Of a stretch of DNA of 19,425 nt, positions 10,626 through 19,425 are shown in pieces. How positions within the stretch are numbered: the stretch's first letter is position 1; every line of letters starts with the position of its first letter. The stretch is from Tubiluchus corallicola (taxonomy: Eukaryota; Animalia; Priapulida): positions 1 through 19,425 of the forward strand of contig JAQGDQ010001953.1 in the NCBI GenBank assembly GCA_030141605.1. The letters are read 5' to 3'. Position numbers and translations under genes: made by a program. The notes beneath the pieces were generated by a model. That model did not search any database, was not told the origin of the DNA, and saw only the letters and a list, made by a program, of their open reading frames with translations.

Positions 10626-11199
10626 ATAAGCTTACAGGTAAAGGAAAACGGCACATGTACTCCATAAGGTAGCTCCTATCTAGCAGTTATTTTTTCACAA
10701 TTAACGTAAGTCAAAGTTATTAGCACATTAAAATCCTGAAACATTTAAGGTAGCAATTTATGTAAGTTACAGCGTAAATTTCAACAAATTTCTCAGATTA
10801 GTTACATTTGCCTCCAACAGAGAGCAGCAGTATGCAAACTTCCCGATTATGGTGGTGATCTTAAAGCACAAGAAAACCCTCCATTTACATAAAGCTTAAA
10901 AAATTCGTCTCGAAATTTTATACCACTTACGTACTACCTTTTCGTATGCATGGCTAGCATCGGTCGTAACGTCGCATAAAACGTGTAAATTTAAACTCCC
11001 GCGATAACCGTTAGGCGCAGCCATTTTAACACTAACCACTGGCTCACCACCAGGAGCGCGCATCGAATGTTCGAATTGCGCCTATCTCAGTATCGAACTC
11101 GCGACTTCCCAGGCAGAAAGCGGACACGTTACAACTAGACTATACAGTGTGGCATAACTATTGGTCTTTCAATTAGAAATGCATGAAATGCAATAATAC

Positions 11200-11703
11200 C
11201 TGTAACTCCATTATATATCGGGCTAGAGCTGTCTGCACCACATTAGTCCGATCCAAACAATCGATACAATTCACGCGTAGCACGCCCTGCTGTTTACATA
11301 TGACGCCTTTACTGTCCCGCCAGCAATAGCGCAGATCTTTGAGTATCGTCTGAATGGCGTCGACCAGCACCGACACGTTTTCGAACCGCATACCGCGGCA
11401 GTATTCGTGAAAGTCGAAGGTAATGTAGGTCAAATCCGGGGAGTTGAACTCCAGAATGTGAGTGAGGAACGCGTCGGAGATGACCTTCTCCTTCCCGGAT
11501 TGCTCCACTAGGTTTATCACGCACACGTGCTCGTAACTCTTCCGCTCTCTCTCGAAGTGCTTGCGCAGCGCGCGCTGGGACTCGTCGTGGCTTCGGTCGA
11601 GGCAGGGCGGTGGTCGATACTTGTACCCCGGCTGACTCCAGTAGAGGGGCACGGAGCCCCGAACGATCACGAACGACGCTTCATGTTCGCCGTACTGAAC
11701 TAT
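11200..11703 (-). CDS. INPP5F: Sac2/INPP5F-like exon D with catalytic CX5R(T) motif (right copy)
   Basis: Mirror of 7765-8268 with an identical protein and four synonymous differences. Splices in phase to exon E. Confidence 0.96.
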
Positions 11704-11868
11704 CTGAAACAAACGTGACGATCAGAAAGCAGCAAGATTTAAACAAAGTTTCAATTAATAAACAAAATGCAGTGCAAAATCACTCGAGCAAAATTTATTA
11801 AATTATCAAATTTTCTCACAGTTAATATTAGTGAATTAAACGTCAAAACTAAAATCAGCACTTTGTTA

Positions 11869-12352
11869 CGGTCGTACCTCCGTTGTCGAAACGTCTCCGT
11901 ACTCGTACAAATCGGTTTTCGACCAGAAAATTCGAGCTGAAATTGTCCGCGTTTTCGACCAGATTTTCTGTACTCGACCAACCGCCAAGCACGTGATGAA
12001 CACATGCACGGCGAGCCCGAGAGTAGTCTCGCACAATATTTGGATCGCCTAACATCGCTAAGTGCTTTCTACGCTTATTTTTCTCCAGTTTCATGCAGGA
12101 ACAATTATGTTTTTCTTTCAAAGTAATTCTATTATGTTTTTCTTATCAATTATATCATATCTACTGTTTGAATAAGCATTTTTGCATTATTATATTTCAT
12201 TATAGTAATACTTTACGGTTCATTTGGTGCTTGAGAACGGATTATTTGCTTTTACGTTATTTCTCACGGGAATAAATGATTCGGTTCTCAACCAAATTGG
12301 TTTTCAAACACTTTTTAGGAACGAATTATGCTCGAAAACAGAGGTACTACTG
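11869..12352. mobile_element. Tigger/pogo-like MITE (right copy, 29 bp shorter)
   Basis: Mirror of 7087-7599 with the same TIRs and TA flanks. Confidence 0.8.
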
Positions 12353-12775
12353 TACATGGTAACTCACTTTTCAATCTTGACCAAAATAAAACAATTTTTG
12401 ATTTAACGCAGGAATTTATAAAAGCTTCAAGCCGATTCAGTAAACGTTAATTTAACCTTTTGCAATTGACGTACTGTCATTATTAAAATATAGGTATCTA
12501 TAAATAATTATAAATGTCTCAACTTTCTAATAGAATACTTACTAATTCTTAAGGTACGTTTATCAGTTTTGTTCTGTATATGAAAGGTGATGGAAAATAA
12601 ATAAGTTTATAAAAAAAATGCAATATTTTTTAAATAAAAGCTGTTACATTACTTAGATTTAAGCAAAAGATATAGAATTTTTTTGCAAAAAATTCTGCAG
12701 AGGAAAGCTCACGGTGTGAACTATATTTCAGGCAGAAAATATCATTTTTAAAAATGAAAAAAGTGGAATGTTTTT

Positions 12776-12913
<138 letters not shown>

Positions 12914-13343
12914 TTTGGACAATCTTTTTTCATTTGTGGAAACACTTGGCACGTTATTAGTGAAAAAGTTGTTAAACACACAAAACATGTTTAGCTAAGT
13001 GACCATTGGGAAAACGAGGGTTTAGCTGCAAAGTTAAGCAACGCCAGACTTAGTTAGTAAACAGACGGTTGGCTAGCTACTGCTTCAGAGCAGTTTTATT
13101 CATTTTACTGAACAAACTGTTTCTTTCACTGAGAGAAGACATGGTTAAGACACTCTAGAGGCTCAATACTTTGCATCGAAAGATTATTTCTGATAATGCA
13201 CTAGGTACCGGTCCCACCCCCAAACTGCAAACATCAAGTAGGCTCTCTTGGTAACTGCTAAATCTTTGCTAAGTGTTAGATCCTGGTGTGGAGAGTATTA
13301 AACTGTATAAAAAAATGAATCTTTAACAGATAAAATATCGTAC

Positions 13344-13411
13344 TTGTTCTGTTTCAACGTAGTTTGCGCAGAAGCCATCATCATCTACACCTCGACGTCG
13401 ATATCGTGTAC
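13344..13411 (-). CDS. INPP5F: Sac2/INPP5F-like exon C (right copy)
   Basis: Mirror of 6028-6095 with intact AG/GT boundaries. Confidence 0.93.
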
Positions 13412-13475
13412 CTGAATAAGATACAAGATATTTTAACACTTTTACATATAATGTACAATTTCATCAAGCACTTGA

Positions 13476-14223
13476 TCTCTTATATTAATATTCTTGGTAT
13501 AATTATAAGATTCGAGGCTACAGCCCGGACGAGGGCACCATTTGCGGCGATCTATACATCGAACGAAAGGTCTCCGTCTAGTGTCGTGCCATTGGGGGTT
13601 TAGTTTTCGTATCGGGCCCACTGCGAGGAACGGGGGGGGGGGCGAAAAACCTCCAAAAATGGCCATTTTTTGCAAAGCTTATACGTCTGATATCTGAAGA
13701 ACGGGAATGGGCCATGGGCGGTGCTGGCTATGGATAGATAGCCCGTTCAGCGGTGGGTGTAGTAGGCATATTTAGAATTCGCGACAGGGCCACGGCGTCT
13801 CGTAACGGGTGTTTTCCCCGACTCAACTCACGATTTTTTCGAAATGTTGGTCAAACAGCCTGCGGGAAAAACGTTCTAGCGGCGCCTGGTGGGACTCTCG
13901 GAAGGAGATATGTAGCTCTTTAAAAAGAGGAAGAACGGGGCTACACGATGGTGTGGGTTATATTTTAGGACAGCTCCACCAAGAGGAGCGCCGACGAGTT
14001 AATTAGATGTTCTATTTTCGGCAATTTTCGCATGGAAAACTGCTGACGCAAAGCCATTGTTGTGACGTCATCCATTGTACTCTGTCTTATAATCTTATAA
14101 CTTTAATTCAGTAAAAGCTGCTGGCTTTGCATTAGGTAAGTAAACAAACACTAGGTAGGATGTTTGCGTATTTTTGATTTTACGTGTATTTATAAGCGAT
14201 ATTTTTTGCGGGGCCTTTGCTAG
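13476..14223 (+). mobile_element. Probable non-autonomous Helitron-like element (right copy)
   Basis: A|TCTCTTATATT ... GCGGGGCCTTTGCTAG|T; mirror of 5217-5963. Confidence 0.6.
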
Positions 14224-15027
14224 TCGTAAAATAATTCACCAATCCTCGTTTTAATTCATACTCAATTTGGATGCAGTTTAGACCAACATTGGCATAATGC
14301 CAAGTTCAAAATCAGCAACTTTTGCTTGCAACAACTACCCGTCCTATGAAATGGCTAACGAATAAGCGCTTGGCCAGTAAGGAAAACATTTGATTGTAGG
14401 AATAAAAAATATAAAATATAATTAATAGCATCACTAGCTACCAGCGATGAGAATGACAAATTGCAAAAAATTCTGAAACAAGTCGGGGGGTTGGGAGCTG
14501 CGTAGACACCATGGGGGTTCAAGGGGGCAAAGCAACAAATTGCAATTTTGTAACCGTAGAGAGCCTCTAAGTGGACTTAAAATATCAATTACCTCGTTTC
14601 ATGCATAATTTAAAATACACGACTATCAAGGATACATGATACCTAATTGTCTCACAAATGCCTAAGTACTGGCTGCTCCTATGCAAAAGTATATAAAAAC
14701 TGTCTGCAATTGACTCAAATAACTCTGCACAATTGATTCTATATTTTTATACATAGAGATCTACACGTGGTTACACTGATGTACGTGATGTAAACAAAGT
14801 GACGGCCTGCCAACTAGCGGTCAGCTTGTGAAATAACATACTGGGTCCATAAAAATTTTCTCAACGAATTCATGTGATTTACAAAAATGGCACTACTGGT
14901 CTTCCAAAAACTCGGAATTTCGCGTATCCGCCGAAAATTCTCATCCCTGAGGGTCAGGCTTTGGGGCCCATAGACCTCGGGGGACCCTGGCATTTGTTTA
15001 GCCTTGTCCAATGGGCACTATGCCACT

Positions 15028-15441
15028 GGTTCCCACAGAATTTTAAAATAATTTTAACTGACATCTGGGTGACCAAATATTGATCTTCCATGACCAAGAT
15101 AAGCAGAAATTGTATTACCAGTATACATATTCAGACATTTTGGTGTATGGACATTCATACACATACTGATATGTAATGTGTCGGCCAATCATTATTTTTG
15201 GAACAGAAATCAAAACTGGTAGCCTGCCATAGCAAAATTTTATTGGAGCAAGAATCGCTGAAAAATATGTTTGAAAAAATATCGGATCAGGGTGATTATT
15301 TTTTTTGAAACCCTTTTCAATCTCCCTGACTTCTCGCCCCATTTTCATCATTTTCCCTGGCTTTTTACCAAATTATCTTTTTTCCCTGACTTTCCACGAC
15401 AGCCTGTATTTTCAAGGATTTTCCCTGACAGTGAGAACCTT
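15028..15441 (-). mobile_element. MITE-like element (mirror of 3987-4412)
   Basis: Starts GGTTCCCAC at 15028; 12 bp shorter than the left copy. Confidence 0.65.
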
Positions 15442-15566
15442 GTGAACGTTTCTTGAAATGTACCTAAACTGATGAAAAATATTAAATTTTCAAATTTGAG
15501 TTACGAGAACAAAGCTTCTTTCTACAAAGACCTTTAAAAACAACTATTTATATGAAGCAGAAATAC

Positions 15567-15759
15567 CAGCACGATGTTTGCTTCGTCGAGAGATGAGCGT
15601 CAGCGTGTACTCAGCAGGCTCCAGCAACGGATTAGGATCCAGCGGACTGGCATCGGCGGCAGAAACGTGGTTCTCGTGGAAATCCAGCTGATATCCTTGA
15701 ACGGCAACGTAACCGTGTACGATCGGCAAGATCCATTCATCTGCAACCGAGCCAGACTG
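15567..15759 (-). CDS. INPP5F: Sac2/INPP5F-like exon B (right copy)
   Basis: Mirror of 3669-3861 with the same translation and splice sites. Confidence 0.92.
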
Positions 15760-15993
15760 CTAAGCAAAAAATGAAACAAAGGGTGATTACAAGCAGCTTA
15801 GAAATCTAGAAGACCAAAGAAAAGAAGACTTGTAATCCAAAGGTCTCTAGTTCAAATCCAAGCGCATCCCGAGTTTTTAATTTTTTCCGGTTGAATTTGA
15901 ATTCAAAGATTCAATAATTCATTCCATTTCAAAATTAAAAAATATTTATAACAATGAAAAAACTTGTCAAGAGTACCTTGTCATACAAGGACC

Positions 15994-16424
15994 GTACTTA
16001 AAGCATAAGAAAACAAGTCAGACTGTACTTAAAGCACAAGGAAACAAATCAGACTGTACTTAAAGCACAAGAAAACAAGTCAGACTGTACTTAAAGCACA
16101 AGAAAACAAGTCAGACTGTACTTAAAGCACAAGAAAACAAGTCAGACTGTACTTAAAGCACAAGACCACGAGTCAGACTGTACTTAAAGCACAAGACCAC
16201 GAGTCAGACTGCACTTAAAGAACAAGACCACGAGTCAGACTGCACTTAAAGCACAAGACCACGAGTCAGACTGTACTTAAAGCACAAGACCACGAGTCAG
16301 ACTGTACTTAAAGCACAAGACCACGAGTCAGACTGTACTTAAAGCACAAGAAAACAGGTGACACTGTACTTAAAAGATAAGAAAACAAGTCAGACAGTAC
16401 TTAAAGCACAAGAAAACAGGTCAA
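15994..16424. repeat. 31-bp minisatellite (mirror of 3004-3434, different variant-unit order)
   Basis: Directly visible. Confidence 0.97.
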
Positions 16425-17124
16425 ACACACATTTTCCAAGGAGAAAAAGAATTTTTTTAAAATTGGGTGCCTAAAATGTAGCGACCCTCAAACTTAAGCT
16501 ATAGCCTAGTAAGCCTATTGGTTAATATGCCCCTGATCAGATTAAAAATGGTCATTTTTGGTGAGTCAGTGATATTTTAACAGTTGGTGCGAACATTTTA
16601 AGAGAATTTTCTTTTCTAGTTACGTAAGACTTCCAGGCAGGTAAGCATAATGATAAGTAATATAACTTTGTAAGGAAAGTTTTTTTTGGGGACACACTTT
16701 AAGAATCTCTTTTCTACCTCTTTTAATAAAGAAAGCATGACAAGGGAAAAGAGGTCGTCTGTACCAACCTTAACAGCACAGATTGTTTGTAAATTTGGAT
16801 GAGCAGGAGAAAAAAATGCGAAATAACGTACTTTGTGAAGTACCACTACTGCCCTCTATAAACATAAGACGAAACAAAAAATATCGACAGGCTGGGAATG
16901 GAACCCATAAACGTCTGAATGCCAGTCAAACATACTGCCTATAAAAGACGGCGGTTGCACACAGATCAGTTCTGTCATCTAACTGTGCAATGTCCATATC
17001 ATTGGAAAATAGTCTGCATAGTCGACAAAAGTAACTTCGGACAATGAAAAATGCATTAGTGTGAACACAGTGCGTCTGCAGTATGTGTCTACAGTGTGAA
17101 CAGGATAAATTATTAATAAACAAC

Positions 17125-17125
<1 letters not shown>

Positions 17126-17166
<41 letters not shown>

Positions 17167-17205
17167 GTAATAGTAATAGTAATAGTAATAGTAATAGTAA
17201 TAGTA

Positions 17206-17287
<82 letters not shown>

Positions 17288-17315
17288 TAACAATAACAAT
17301 AACAATAACAATAAC

Positions 17316-17353
<38 letters not shown>

Positions 17354-17362
17354 TAATAATAA
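17126..17362. repeat. (ATA)n compound microsatellite (mirror of 2065-2301)
   Basis: Directly visible. Confidence 0.98.
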
Positions 17363-17464
17363 TTTATTCTGTTAACACTGTAAAGCCCCGTTCACACTGT
17401 AGTTAATGTAAACATGTTTTCAGCATCACTGAAAAACAGTACCAATTCATCGGGCACGCATTAC

Positions 17465-17632
17465 CTGCTCATCCAGCAGGTCCCGAAGCATGTGCTGATT
17501 CCAAAAGAATCGCTCATCCGCTTGTTTCCACGGCGACGACGCATGCCCGCACTGCCGCTGGATGGTGTTTGTCAGATCTGCCGTGCGAGAGTAGTAGAAC
17601 GAATCGGAATCGTCGAACAACTTGTGAAGTTC
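17465..17632 (-). CDS. INPP5F: Sac2/INPP5F-like exon A (right copy)
   Basis: Mirror of 1795-1962 with intact splice sites. Confidence 0.92.
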
Positions 17633-17836
17633 CTAAAGGAAACAGAAAAAACGTGTCGTCAGCAACCAAAGCCTCTTCCAAACGAGGACAGATACACTAA
17701 TTAATTAAAGCAAGTTCCTACAGGAATTTTAAAATAAATAAATAGACTTTGCAAGCCTTCAGATTCCTCCCAATGGCTCCCTTAGTGAATTTGTGATTCT
17801 TTTGACTATGCAATACAAAACATGTACCTTGCAGAA

Positions 17837-18238
<402 letters not shown>

Positions 18239-18417
18239 TTATTTTTTACATAAATAATACTTTTCATTAAATTTTGTTTATCCTGTTTGAGAAGTAATAA
18301 TGTTCTAGTAAATCACAAGCTGTTTTTCCTGTGAGATTGTGACTGTTAGCAAAACGTTAAGACGGGAACGCGAATTTGTATTCAAGGTAGGTGAATTCGG
18401 CCGCTTACTTCGTAAAC

Positions 18418-18820
18418 CAGGGCTGTGCAAACTGCGGTCCGTCGAGAGATCTTGTGTGGCCCAGAGTTTGTCAACGTACTAAAAGTGCGGCCCACGTGAT
18501 CCAGCTGAAGTCTGCGCCAATGTCGCAAAGATAGTGCGGGTAGTTTTTTCCTCTAGATCGGATGGCATTAACCCTTAACAAGACCGTTGTCACTTAATGT
18601 CACTGTCGGACATGACGAAATATATGGTTTTTAATATAAATTTTAATAACTTCTAAAACAGTTTCTTGAGTGTAGTAGTAATGATGTACGCAGGTCGGAT
18701 GCAAAAAAATCGTTACTAGGCCTTTCTATACTTGGCTCCTTTGCCAAACTGCATGTGGCCCACAGGAACTGCGGGAAAGTTTAGTGTGGCCCGGCTAGTC
18801 AGATAATTTGCACACCCCCG
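18418..18820. mobile_element. hAT MITE (mirror of 606-1007)
   Basis: CAGGGCTGTGCAAA ... TTTGCACACCCCCG, with one TIR substitution relative to the left copy and the same 8-bp TSD. Confidence 0.83.
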
Positions 18821-18987
18821 TCATAAACGGAGGCCATCCAATCATGACCAAAAATGTTGCTGTCAGTTCAATGCCTGATCTTAGAGGTTTGACAAAGAGC
18901 CAAGCTCTGGATTCCTCGTGATTATTTACTTTGAGTAACCACTGCCATTAAATGTTAGTATCCAGCTTGCAGGTACTAATATCAATA

Positions 18988-19339
18988 TGACCAAATATGG
19001 ACATTCAGTGACCAAAACAAGCAGAAATTGTATTACCAGTTATACATTTTTGCGTATGGACATTCATACATATACTGATACATAACGTGTTGGCCAATCA
19101 TCATTTTTGGAACAGAAATCGAAACTTGGATCCTGGCATAACAAAATTTTATTTGAACACGATTCGTAAAAAATACGTTTGGAAAAATATCGGTTCACGG
19201 TGATTATTTTTACAACCATTTCTCTGACTTTTTGCCCCATCTTCATAATTTTCCCTGATATTTTATCAAATTATCTTTTTCCATGACTTTCCAGGACAAA
19301 TTTGTATTTTCAAGGATCTTCCCTGACCGTGGGAACCTT
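18988..19339 (-). mobile_element. MITE-like repeat (mirror of 87-438)
   Basis: Reverse complement of 87-438 with a few substitutions. Confidence 0.65.
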
Positions 19340-19425
19340 GTAAGTCAAACTAAACCCTCATTATAATATAAGCTTTCACAACTTAAAATCCTACTCTCAT
19401 TACGAATATTCAACTTATTATAAAA

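Overview
Eukaryotic (animal, probably invertebrate) intron-rich DNA, not prokaryotic. The whole window is one giant inverted repeat: left arm 1-8735, unique spacer 8736-10732 and right arm 10733-19425, symmetric out to both window edges. Each arm carries the same four internal exons (A-D) of a SAC-domain phosphoinositide phosphatase of the Sac2/INPP5F type, including the CX5R(T) catalytic motif, so two partial gene copies converge tail-to-tail. Only the minus-strand copy continues, through exons E and F in the spacer, and it then runs into the inversion junction. That junction lies in a 33-bp minisatellite that shares microhomology with the fold-back site about 2 kb away. The arms are not identical: differences come in patches, and all four differences in exon D are synonymous, as expected for two alleles. 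The structure is either a real fold-back duplication (with hairpin-RNA, circRNA or truncated-enzyme potential) or an amplification/assembly chimera; sequence alone cannot decide. The introns hold hAT, Tigger/pogo and Helitron-type non-autonomous elements, minisatellites and long microsatellites. Most ORFs in the supplied track are spurious.
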